Below are positions 1-11,571 of a stretch of DNA of 64,000 nt, in pieces. The notes under the pieces were generated by a model. It did not search any database. It was not told the origin of the DNA and saw only the letters and a program-made list of their open reading frames with translations. The DNA lies in contig JAGLPP010000019.1 in assembly GCA_023137315.1 (NCBI GenBank), positions 4,949 through 68,948 on the forward strand, in the 5' to 3' direction. The first letter of the stretch is position 1. Each line of letters opens with the position of its first letter. The DNA comes from Bacteriovoracaceae bacterium (GTDB taxonomy: Bacteria > Bdellovibrionota > Bacteriovoracia > Bacteriovoracales > Bacteriovoracaceae). The translations under genes were made by a program, and so were the position numbers.

Positions 1-63
1 TATCGGACTAAATTCTTTTAATTATACACATTAACAGCTTTTTATTAAAATAATTATACATCT

Positions 64-522
64 TTGGTCATTAACCGGGGAGTTTCTATCGAAGTACTGA
101 GTCAACTCGGTGTTGATATTAGTTTTTTTCACCAGTTCGTAATTGTAATTGTTGTGTTTATTATTCTTGACAGACTTTTGTGGAGAAAAGTCTTGAAAAT
201 ATATTATATACGTCACGATTTAACAGAGACAAAAAATCAAAAAATTAATGAAAAAAAGGTGGAATATAAGATATTGCAGGATACCTATGAAAAAAAACTA
301 AAAGAATTACATGACAGGGCCCATGGAAAATACAACAGGGAGTCAAAAAATATTCAGAAACGTGAAAGAGAAAGGCTTTCAATGTTGGAAATCAAATATG
401 AAAAACTTTATTCACAGGGAAATGCGGATCTTAAGAAAAAGTACGACAATATTCTGTTGGAGGAGCGCAAAAATATTGAAAAAAATAGTGAGGAGCTTAT
501 AAAGAGGTTTTATCATGCCTAG
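64..522 (+). CDS. F-type ATP synthase F0 subunit b/b' (first of two tandem b-like genes)
   Basis: 152-aa ORF with one N-terminal hydrophobic helix (FHQFVIVIVVFIILDRLL) followed by a long Lys/Glu-rich helix. It lies immediately 5' of a second b-like ORF and atpH-A-G-D-C. The TTG start at 64 is uncertain. Confidence 0.65.
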   Translation: MVINRGVSIEVLSQLGVDISFFHQFVIVIVVFIILDRLLWRKVLKIYYIRHDLTETKNQKINEKKVEYKILQDTYEKKLKELHDRAHGKYNRESKNIQKRERERLSMLEIKYEKLYSQGNADLKKKYDNILLEERKNIEKNSEELIKRFYHA

Positions 523-1048
523 TGTTGTGGCGTTATATATTTTATTGCAGCACCAATCAGCTCATGCGGGAGTAGGAGAGGTTGTTTGGGATCTGAGATG
601 GCATTTTATTAATTTTTTTATTTTGGTTGCTTTAATAATATGGAAAACAAAGGGAAAATTAAAAGATAAATTCAACATGGAATACGATAATTTTAAAAAA
701 AAATATCAGGATGTCTCGGAAAGTAACGCCGAGATTAACAAGAATGTTCAAATTATAAATGATAAATTGGAAAATATTGACATGCAGGAGGAAGAGGCGA
801 TGTCAAAAATGGCGGAAACATTAAGAGAGTTTGAAAAAACGAATATCAATTTTGTAAACGAACATGAAAAAAAATTAACAAAAGAGTTGAACAAAAAGCT
901 GATTACAGAAGAAAAAATAATTGCAAAAAAAACATTTAATTTAATTATGGGTGATGTAGTTGAAGAAACCAAGACAAGGATAAGATTGAAAAAAACTCTT
1001 CAGAAAAAAATCAGCGAGAAATTATTGGAAGAAGAGGTTGGAATTTAA
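515..1048 (+). CDS. atpF: F-type ATP synthase F0 subunit b
   Basis: 177 aa with an N-terminal TM helix (WHFINFFILVALIIW) and a long charged coiled-coil. It overlaps the upstream b-like gene by 8 nt and precedes atpH. Confidence 0.75.
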   Translation: MPSVVALYILLQHQSAHAGVGEVVWDLRWHFINFFILVALIIWKTKGKLKDKFNMEYDNFKKKYQDVSESNAEINKNVQIINDKLENIDMQEEEAMSKMAETLREFEKTNINFVNEHEKKLTKELNKKLITEEKIIAKKTFNLIMGDVVEETKTRIRLKKTLQKKISEKLLEEEVGI

Positions 1049-1049
1049 A

Positions 1050-1574
1050 ATGCATGATAAAAAAATCATAAGGATTTATGCAAAAGCGCTGGCTCAGTTG
1101 TGTATTGACAACAAGGAAATTCACGAAGAACTGGAAAGGTTTTGTAATATTTTTATGGATAATAAAGAGGTTGCATGTATACTGCGGTATAGTTCATTTA
1201 CCATTGAGGAAAAATACAACTTACTCGAAGATATTCTGGAAAATGAAAAATTCAGTGATCTTGCGGCTAACATTGTTAAATTTATATTACTTGAAAGAAA
1301 GATGGATATATTTTTAGAAATATATCGCTGGATGGAACACATAATTGAAGAAAAGGCTGCAATATATACGGGAATTATTGAAGGCTCCGTTGAGAATGTT
1401 GAACAAGTGGAACTGGACCAGATAATTTCCTATATTCAAAAAATAATCAAAGGGGATCTACGGTTAACATACAGAAAGAATGAACGGATTACAGCGGGCT
1501 ATCATATCCAATTAGGTGATTTGCAACTGGATGCGACTATTGATAATCAATTAAACAGACTTTTAAAGGATTAA
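1050..1574 (+). CDS. atpH: F-type ATP synthase subunit delta (OSCP)
   Basis: N-terminal IIRIYAKALAQL resembles the delta/OSCP motif, and the gene sits between b and alpha. ATG at 1050 was chosen because GAAGAGG lies 12 nt upstream; the raw ORF begins at a TTG at 1038. Confidence 0.8.
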   Translation: MHDKKIIRIYAKALAQLCIDNKEIHEELERFCNIFMDNKEVACILRYSSFTIEEKYNLLEDILENEKFSDLAANIVKFILLERKMDIFLEIYRWMEHIIEEKAAIYTGIIEGSVENVEQVELDQIISYIQKIIKGDLRLTYRKNERITAGYHIQLGDLQLDATIDNQLNRLLKD

Positions 1575-1589
1575 AATAAAAGGTGAATA

Positions 1590-3106
1590 ATGAGTGGAAA
1601 ACCAGAGGAAATATCTTCGATCATTCAGGAAAGAATAAAAAATTTTAATACTAAGCTTAAAATTGACGAGATTGGAACAATTCTTAGTGTCGGAGATGGA
1701 ATTGTCAGGGCATTCGGTCTTCGTAATGTTATGGCCGGTGAGTATGTTGAATTTGATTCAGGAAGCCGCGGCATGGTTTTAAATCTTGAAGAAAATAATG
1801 TTGGTATTGCATTATTTGAAAATGATCTAACCCTCAAAGAAGGATCACGTGTTAAAAGAACAGGTAAAATTGTTGAAATTCCTGTTGGAGATGAATTGCT
1901 TGGTCGTGTAATTGATCCGATTGGAAATCCCATAGATGGACTTGGAGAGATTGGGGCCACCCAAAAACGTCCAGTTGAAGTGAAAGCTCCAGGTATTATT
2001 GCCAGGCAGCCTGTTTGTGAACCATTACAGACTGGCATTAAGGCGATTGATTCAATGATTCCAATTGGAAAAGGGCAAAGAGAACTTATTATTGGTGATA
2101 GAAAAACAGGAAAGACAGCAATCGCAATTGATACAATCATTAATCAAAAAAATGATAATGTTGTTTGTATTTATGTTGCCATTGGACAAAAACAATCAAC
2201 AGTTAGACACGTACACCAGAAACTTTTGGAAAACGGTGCTCTCGAATATTCTATTATTGTTTCAGCAGCGGCATCAACAAGGGCCCCTCTTCAATTCCTG
2301 GCCCCATACTCTGGCTGTGCAATTGGAGAGTTCTATCGCGATAATGGCAAACACGCCTTGATTATATATGATGATCTTACAAAACAAGCACAAGCATACA
2401 GACAGATGTCACTTTTACTCAGAAGACCTCCAGGAAGAGAGGCATTTCCCGGAGATATCTTTTACTTACACTCCAGGCTTCTTGAAAGAGCGGCAAAATA
2501 TTCAGATAAATGCGGAGCAGGCTCTCTCACAGCATTACCAATTATAGAAACACAAGAAGGTGACGTTTCGGCATATATACCGACAAATGTTATTTCGATC
2601 ACTGATGGACAGATTTATCTTGAATCAGATCTTTTTAACAAGGGAATCAGGCCTGCGATAAATGTTGGACTTTCTGTTTCAAGAGTCGGAGGGGCAGCAC
2701 AGAAAAAAATAATGAAAAGCATTGCCGGTTCACTAAGATTGGATCTGGCTCAATACAGGGAACTTGCTGCCTTTGCAGCTTTTGGCCAGGACCTCGATTC
2801 GACTACCAAAAAACAATTATCGCGGGGTGAACGTATTGTTGAACTGCTAAAGCAAAAACAATTTGAGTTGGAGGATGTCGCCAGTCAGGTACTTACCATT
2901 ATGGCCGCAACCCATGGACTGTTTGATGAAGTTCCTGTATCGGAAATACGGAATATTGAAACCAAGCTTATTGGATATATGAAAAGTGCTCATGGTGAAA
3001 AGCGTACACAATTAATTGAAGATCCTGAATATCTGGAAAAGGAAAAAGAAAACCTTCTTAATATAATGGGCGATTTTATTAACAATGAAAATAAGATTGA
3101 TAGTAA

Positions 3107-3119
<13 letters not shown>
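1590..3119 (+). CDS. atpA: F-type ATP synthase subunit alpha
   Basis: 509 aa. Walker A GDRKTGKT and highly conserved alpha-subunit blocks ([53 protein letters not shown]). Confidence 0.98.
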
Positions 3120-5414
<2,295 letters not shown>

Positions 5415-5417
5415 GAA

Positions 5418-5822
5418 ATGGGTTTTTTTAAATTAAAAATACAAACTCCAAATAAAACAGTGGTGGACTGCAAGGAGGCAGATCAAATTTGGGTACAATC
5501 AATGTTCGGACCTGTTGGCCTGTTGCCAAAGCATACCCATATGATATTTCAATTGGATAATGGAATTGTTACAGCTGTGAGTGATACAAAAGAAAATTTT
5601 TTTATTGGCCAGGGTATTTGTAAAATTATTGATGATAAAGTAACAATATTATGTCCATTTTGTAAAAGATCGGAAGATATTGATGTTAACAGAGAAAAGG
5701 ATCTTGTAGAAAAGATCAGCAAAAAACTGGCAGACAAAAATATTACACTTGATGAAAGCGAAAAACTGCATAAAGAATTGCAAACGGCCCGTCAAATGAT
5801 ACAAATTACGCAAAAAGACTGA
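5418..5822 (+). CDS. atpC: F-type ATP synthase subunit epsilon
   Basis: 134 aa, 3 nt after atpD. The size and position, with a beta-sandwich plus C-terminal helical hairpin pattern, fit epsilon. Confidence 0.85.
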   Translation: MGFFKLKIQTPNKTVVDCKEADQIWVQSMFGPVGLLPKHTHMIFQLDNGIVTAVSDTKENFFIGQGICKIIDDKVTILCPFCKRSEDIDVNREKDLVEKISKKLADKNITLDESEKLHKELQTARQMIQITQKD

Positions 5823-5949
5823 GTATTTCCCCATTATTTCCAAAATGAATAGTCATTTATCGTATATATGAATTTTTGATGAAAATTATTCAAATAATTA
5901 CTTGAAATATTTTGTAATAATGCGAAAATATTATACAGGATGTATAAGA

Positions 5950-8241
5950 ATGAATAACAGGAAAGGGATGTCCATATTCTTTCTGGAATCGGTAATGCTA
6001 TTTGTAATAGTAGCCGCCGCCATGACTTCAATAAATACATATCAACAAAAAGATATCACAATTCCAATACCAAATTTATTCAATGTATCTTCAGTCATCG
6101 AGAAACTGAATTTGAAAAAAGTAATCGTGCACAATGCCTTGCAGGAGCAGAAGTTGTACACAGTAGACAACGCCAAAGAAACACGCAAAAAGGTTATCAG
6201 TAAAACCATATATAATGATGTGAAAGATCAGAAAATAAGTCCGGTAAAAATTATAAACAAGATAATAAAGGGACCTGTTCTAAAAAATAAATCGATACAA
6301 AAATGTGCAATCAAAAAAATTAAAAATATAAGGATTAACACAAAAAATAATTATGAAATCAATAACAAGGAACTAATCAACTTATATGGATATCAATTTG
6401 TAAAAAATAAGGTTTTCAAAATATCACATATTTTGAAAAAAATAAGAATTGATGGCTATGGCTATTCCGAATATCTTTCGGCTGCACAAGCGAGAGATGA
6501 TGCGGCCAAGGTTGTAAAAGTTTTTAATCAAAAAACGAAAAGTAAAGAATTGCACGCATTAACCAGTACTACGAAACGGCCAGCGGTTGACGAGTTGCAT
6601 AGTATAATGAGTTCAACTCAAAAAAGCAGACCGGATGAAATAATTGCTTTTGACTACTCAGATAAAGATTCACACCAAGTAAAACAGAGTCCTTTTGATA
6701 TAAGAAGTAAACGATTATCGAAGGACGTTAAGACTGACTATTCAAATGACAAGCTGCTAAAGGAGTTTGTACAAAAAAGCAGGCCAAACATAATGGCATT
6801 GAGTAGTCAGAAAGAAAAACCACAATCCCCGTTGAGTATTCAAAAAATCTCTGCGATAACTCCGGCAGTTAAGCGGGTGATCAACAGGGAATTGGCTAAA
6901 GGGCCAACCAACAGCAATGCAGGTTACAGAACGAAAGGGGTACCAGTATCCGGTCATCCAGTAAAAGTAGCGAAGACAGATTTGAATACTGTTGATTTCC
7001 ATTCACTTGCATATAGCAAGCTGAGTAGTCAGCCTTATAAAAATTTGCACCAAAGTGAAGTTGTCAACAAGAACAGTTCGATAGAAAAAAAACATAAACG
7101 CTATTACTCCACCACTCATCTTACGGTAAATTACGCGAAATTCGGTACGGGACATGGTCATCAATTGAGAAATTTTGAATTTGTCCCCTCATATAATGAG
7201 CGCGATTTTAAAGGTGATAATGGAGAGGGCGAAATAATAATTAATGAAATAATTCATTCCTCAATGTCGGTTTTAAGAGGCACTCTCATCAAGGGAAACT
7301 TTGTTAGAACAAAAATAGACCTGGTATTAAATGATGCCAGATATGAGATCAATGTACCAATTTTTGACCATGAGGAATTTAGTGCATTTTTGGAAAAAAA
7401 TAATGTCAACGGCCCAGGAGGTTTCGTTCTTATTGAGTTGGATCATGATGTGATATCTACTGATTTGGATGCGAAATATGCACACAGGATCCTTCTTAAT
7501 GATCGAATGAATATTACCACGAAAAATTCGGAGGTATACTACGTCCTTTATACCGGAGTACAGTCGGGCAATGTTTTGATTTCTTATCAGATTATTGACG
7601 GAAATATTTCACATAAAGTGGTGCACGTTTCAGAGGATGAAATATATTTTGACAACAGCTCATTCGTCGATAAAGGGTATGAAACTTTAACGCTCAATGA
7701 AAGAAATATTCTTGGAAAAACAATTAACGAGTTAAGTATTTCAGGAAATGATATTGTTTACTTTAATACGAAACAGACTGCAGACACAAAAGGGTTAAAT
7801 ATTTATGAAATGAAATTGCCGTTAATTCCATCTGGAATGAGAAAATACTATGAATTAAAACATCTGGAAGACAGTATTTTTATTGGGCACTGGGAAAATT
7901 CGACTCTTGAAATACCAAGTCGGGAATTTATTGACAGGATTTACGAGCTGTTTGATATTGGATCGATCCATGGGTCCTGTATGTTGCAGATCAATCTGCC
8001 AAAAAGAGCATTTGAAGTGACGATTGCCGGAGAAGCAAACCATGGCCATATGGGGGTTGAAACGCTGTTTTTGGATAATGATGGAAAAATTGGTGATGAA
8101 ATAGGTGAGTTGTCGGAGACGATATTTATTCTCGGTAATCAGCAAGGCACTGTAAATGCCAAAATTAAATATTTTGATGGAAGTGTGGAGTATCTGCAAA
8201 GTTATTGTTCATTGGATACCTATCTCGTGGAACAACTTTGA
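5950..8241 (+). CDS. hypothetical membrane-anchored protein (about 764 aa), no recognisable domain
   Basis: Long uninterrupted ORF. It has an N-terminal TM segment (SIFFLESVMLFVIVAAAM), a Lys/Ser/Asn-rich low-complexity region of about 350 aa, and a C-terminal region of about 400 aa with globular composition. ATG at 5950 was chosen over the TTG at 5902; the start is uncertain. Confidence 0.6.
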   Translation: MNNRKGMSIFFLESVMLFVIVAAAMTSINTYQQKDITIPIPNLFNVSSVIEKLNLKKVIVHNALQEQKLYTVDNAKETRKKVISKTIYNDVKDQKISPVKIINKIIKGPVLKNKSIQKCAIKKIKNIRINTKNNYEINNKELINLYGYQFVKNKVFKISHILKKIRIDGYGYSEYLSAAQARDDAAKVVKVFNQKTKSKELHALTSTTKRPAVDELHSIMSSTQKSRPDEIIAFDYSDKDSHQVKQSPFDIRSKRLSKDVKTDYSNDKLLKEFVQKSRPNIMALSSQKEKPQSPLSIQKISAITPAVKRVINRELAKGPTNSNAGYRTKGVPVSGHPVKVAKTDLNTVDFHSLAYSKLSSQPYKNLHQSEVVNKNSSIEKKHKRYYSTTHLTVNYAKFGTGHGHQLRNFEFVPSYNERDFKGDNGEGEIIINEIIHSSMSVLRGTLIKGNFVRTKIDLVLNDARYEINVPIFDHEEFSAFLEKNNVNGPGGFVLIELDHDVISTDLDAKYAHRILLNDRMNITTKNSEVYYVLYTGVQSGNVLISYQIIDGNISHKVVHVSEDEIYFDNSSFVDKGYETLTLNERNILGKTINELSISGNDIVYFNTKQTADTKGLNIYEMKLPLIPSGMRKYYELKHLEDSIFIGHWENSTLEIPSREFIDRIYELFDIGSIHGSCMLQINLPKRAFEVTIAGEANHGHMGVETLFLDNDGKIGDEIGELSETIFILGNQQGTVNAKIKYFDGSVEYLQSYCSLDTYLVEQL

Positions 8242-9626
8242 CCCTTTAATAATTTTTTGAAATTTTTTGGATATAAACGAAGCAATTTTGAGTTTTGAAT
8301 GCGGTAGAATTGTTTTTTTGTTAATGTTATATCACTTGATATGATTGTCCCTCGTGGATGAATTCTTTTTGACAACAGATGTGGATTGAGTTGGCGAATA
8401 TTATTGGAAAATTTATTCATGGTTTTTAAGAATTTTTTAAAATCAAGATTGCAGCGAACCAGATAAAGGTTGATTATTTTATTGGTGTGTCCTTTCCACG
8501 GTTTATCGGGTTTTTCCTTAAAAAAGAAATATTTCTTGTATGCGATGGCATATACCATTGCTAAAAATTCACTATAGTAATTACGAGAGGCGAAACCAAG
8601 GTTTGGATGTTGATAATTACTGAAAAAGTTATCAACAGTAATTTTTTTATTTTTTAGTTTCTTTTTGGCTAGAATAATATGTTTTGTTCCACTGTTGTGC
8701 GCAACAACGGCTAGTGGCCAGTCACCAAGAATTTTATAATTCTGTTTTAACAAATGAATAGCTGCCAAAGAGGAAATTAAAACATTTCGACGGGTGTCAT
8801 ATTTTTTTTCGACAGGTAAAAAAAACTTTCCAGTAGTATAAATAAATTGCCATACGCCGACTGCATTTGCCCTGGAAACAGCTTTTGTATTAAAGCTTGA
8901 TTCAACAAATGGGATGGCGATAATTTCCGGTGGTACGCTAGAAAGATCAAAGTAATGACCTATCGTTTCGCGATATATTTCATAATTTATAAATCCTTTT
9001 TCAACAACGTTTCTTAGTCCTGTTTGTGCTCTCAAGCCGCGTAGTAATTTTCGATAAAATTTCTGTCGAGGTATCTTTTTGGATGGGAAGCGAATTTTTG
9101 CTGATCTGATAGCATCTATAATTGTTTGTTGTATCTTGTCACTTTTTTTACCACTGATTAAATTTGTTAATCCAAAATGAATTTCCTTGATCCGTTCTTT
9201 GACAATTTGATTTTTTAAATTTGCTTTTGTGACAGTATTTAAGCTGGATTTGTACAGCTCGGAAAAATCAATGGAATCATAAACAAGGTTGTGATGGTTT
9301 TTATCGTGAATAACGACAAAATTTTCATCATACCGCGTATATATATTAAACCAGAAATTGACCGATGATTTTAGTGAACTTGATATCTCAAACATGTCAT
9401 TAATCAGATTTTCCGGATCATGACTTATAACACCAAATCGTCCATGTGTGAGCTGTTTTTGAAATTCTAAAAAAGTGATTGGTTTGCTGTAGAAGGATTT
9501 TTTAAGAAGTGATACATCGCTATGCAGGATATTGTTGGGAATTTGTGCCAACAGGGATGGAATATAAAATAGAATAATTAATTTTTTTATCATAAACATG
9601 CGCAGCATTATATATTTTTTTTGCAT
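8220..9626 (-). CDS. membrane-bound lytic murein transglycosylase (SLT domain, MltD-like)
   Basis: Catalytic block IPFVESSFNTKAVSRANAVGVWQFIYTTG (ES...S.AGA.G.WQF pattern of family-1 lytic transglycosylases) and an N-terminal signal-like hydrophobic segment. The exact start among several Met codons is uncertain. Confidence 0.8.
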   Translation of the reverse strand: MQKKYIMLRMFMIKKLIILFYIPSLLAQIPNNILHSDVSLLKKSFYSKPITFLEFQKQLTHGRFGVISHDPENLINDMFEISSSLKSSVNFWFNIYTRYDENFVVIHDKNHHNLVYDSIDFSELYKSSLNTVTKANLKNQIVKERIKEIHFGLTNLISGKKSDKIQQTIIDAIRSAKIRFPSKKIPRQKFYRKLLRGLRAQTGLRNVVEKGFINYEIYRETIGHYFDLSSVPPEIIAIPFVESSFNTKAVSRANAVGVWQFIYTTGKFFLPVEKKYDTRRNVLISSLAAIHLLKQNYKILGDWPLAVVAHNSGTKHIILAKKKLKNKKITVDNFFSNYQHPNLGFASRNYYSEFLAMVYAIAYKKYFFFKEKPDKPWKGHTNKIINLYLVRCNLDFKKFLKTMNKFSNNIRQLNPHLLSKRIHPRGTIISSDITLTKKQFYRIQNSKLLRLYPKNFKKLLKGQSCSTR

Positions 9627-9686
9627 TACGACTACTCATTTTCTAATATAACTATGAGATAATAAAGCACAAGGAAGGATAAAACC

Positions 9687-10052
9687 ATGGAAAAAGATGG
9701 AATTTGGTTACCTATTATTGACTACTCAAAATCGACCGGTATTTCAATATCCACAATTAGGAGAAGAATTAAATCCGGAAAAATCACTTTTCGCATGACA
9801 GATGGCAAGTACTATATTCTGTCAGATGAACAAAATGGTGGTTTGGAAAATGAATACGAGGCAGAAATTCTAAGACTGCAAAAAATAAATAATAAATTAT
9901 CACAAGAAATTTATTATTTTAGAAATGAAATCCAGGAATTAAAAATGTTGGTTGATCTTTATGAAAAAAAACAACATATCGAGGATGATCTTCCCCCCAA
10001 ATTGCACGATCATATGACAAAAAACCAGGATCAATTTCAAGCATGCACATAA
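9687..10052 (+). CDS. small helix-turn-helix DNA-binding protein with C-terminal coiled coil
   Basis: 121 aa. YSKSTGISISTIRRRIKSGKITF resembles an excisionase/MerR-superfamily HTH and is followed by a heptad-like segment (LRLQKINNKLSQEIYYFRNEIQELKMLV). AAGGAAGGA lies upstream of the ATG. Confidence 0.55.
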   Translation: MEKDGIWLPIIDYSKSTGISISTIRRRIKSGKITFRMTDGKYYILSDEQNGGLENEYEAEILRLQKINNKLSQEIYYFRNEIQELKMLVDLYEKKQHIEDDLPPKLHDHMTKNQDQFQACT

Positions 10053-10069
10053 GAAAAAGAGGATTCAAC

Positions 10070-11563
10070 ATGAGATCATTTATTTTATCAGTGCTATTTT
10101 TTTGTAGTGTAACTTTTTCGGCTTTTTCCGGGACGGACCAAATTAGCATGCGAAGATGTTTGTTATTGCCGGTGTTGGATTCGCTTGATGGAGCCATCTC
10201 TTATAGCATTTTTGAAAATGTCGAAAATTATTTAAAGGATAGCTCATGGTGCTATTACAGATCCAACTCGGAAATAATTGATATTCTGAAAAACTATAAA
10301 AAAAACATTCATGTTCATCTTCGAAACAAGGAAGTATTAAAACTGGTTGCCGAAAAATCTAATGCAGGATCTCTTATCCGGGTTGATGTAAAGACTGGTG
10401 TTGGAGGATCTGAAGTGAGCATGGATATTATAGGGCCCAACGGGGAAGATGTTTACTTTAAAGAAAAAGAAACACTGAAGTCAGATGATGTTATTGTTAT
10501 TGCGCAGACAATAAAAAATTGGCTGGTCAACTATGAGAAGAGAATCCCATATGATGGAAAGGTGATTGGTGTTTTGGGAAATCAGTTCACTATAGATACC
10601 GGTAATCTTTATGGGATACAGGAAGGAGATGTAGTTGATATTTTTAGACAAAAAGGAAAAAAAAGGCATCCTCTGTTGAACGAAATTGTCGAATGGGAGA
10701 TGGAGCAGGTTGCAAAGGCAAAAATTTTTCACGCCAGAAAGAGTATTTCACAGGGAAAAGTTTCGGAGTATGCAAGTAAAAAAAGGCTGCGCATAGGTGA
10801 TTGGATAATTCATCGCAAGGAAATGAGAAGAACCAAAGATGATGCTGGCGCGCAAGGAGTATCTTATCCGGATAGGATGGGACATGAGTTTGGAAAGCTT
10901 GGAACGGTAGGAGTCTTTTTTTCAGTGGGAACCGGGAGTATTTCAATATCTGATAATGAAGTTTTGACAAGAAAAATGGGAGGAGCATTGGTCGGAGCAC
11001 TTCTTGATCTTGAGGTGTGGGCCACAAGAAATTATTGGGCAGGATTGTCTGTTCGTAAACTTTTTGGAAGCTTTAAGAAAAAAGAAGGTACTTTTTCCAA
11101 CGAAAAAAGTTCTGTTGATACAGGTGTTTACAGGGTAAAGGCTGGTTATCGCTATTTGCCGATAGGTTTTTTTTACGGGCCCAGGGTTGACGCTTTTATT
11201 GGTTATGCAAAATACAGTTACGGTCCGGATGCATCTCCTGGCGATGGTGTTACAGCGGCAAGTTTTAAGGGTTTAATGCTTGGGGCGCAAGGTAATATGC
11301 CCTTGGTAAGAGATATACGTGTCTTTCTTGAAATGGATTTTTTGATTACATCAAAATATACGGAAGACAAAGTTGTTCACGGAGAGGATGATTCATCCAC
11401 CAATTATCATGTTGAAATTGGTGGTAACTATACACTTAATCCGACAATGACATTTGAAAGCGCACTTGGATATATATCCAACAAGGCAAAATTTAAAAGT
11501 CCAACAAAGGAGTACTCATTCAAGGATACCTCATTTCGCGTTGGTGTTATTTTTAGTTTTTAG
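10070..11563 (+). CDS. outer-membrane protein: N-terminal periplasmic domain(s) plus C-terminal beta-barrel
   Basis: Signal peptide MRSFILSVLFFCSVTFSAFS. The C-terminal region of about 220 aa has alternating hydrophobic/Gly/Tyr-rich strands and ends in ...RVGVIFSF (terminal Phe typical of OMPs). The start was chosen at the Met before the signal peptide; the raw ORF begins at 10043. Confidence 0.6.
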   Translation: MRSFILSVLFFCSVTFSAFSGTDQISMRRCLLLPVLDSLDGAISYSIFENVENYLKDSSWCYYRSNSEIIDILKNYKKNIHVHLRNKEVLKLVAEKSNAGSLIRVDVKTGVGGSEVSMDIIGPNGEDVYFKEKETLKSDDVIVIAQTIKNWLVNYEKRIPYDGKVIGVLGNQFTIDTGNLYGIQEGDVVDIFRQKGKKRHPLLNEIVEWEMEQVAKAKIFHARKSISQGKVSEYASKKRLRIGDWIIHRKEMRRTKDDAGAQGVSYPDRMGHEFGKLGTVGVFFSVGTGSISISDNEVLTRKMGGALVGALLDLEVWATRNYWAGLSVRKLFGSFKKKEGTFSNEKSSVDTGVYRVKAGYRYLPIGFFYGPRVDAFIGYAKYSYGPDASPGDGVTAASFKGLMLGAQGNMPLVRDIRVFLEMDFLITSKYTEDKVVHGEDDSSTNYHVEIGGNYTLNPTMTFESALGYISNKAKFKSPTKEYSFKDTSFRVGVIFSF

Positions 11564-11571
11564 AGGTAGCC

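Noticed and set aside
1625-2140. A long antisense ORF inside atpA. Many similar ORFs of 60-170 aa lie opposite or out of frame within atpD, ligA, glpK, hutU, the MCP, priA, the Lys-rich protein, prs, dnaX and others in the supplied track.
   Set aside because: They lie wholly inside strongly conserved genes, have low-complexity or Ser/Pro/Ile-rich translations, and have no ribosome-binding sites. These are shadow ORFs, as expected in an AT-rich genome.
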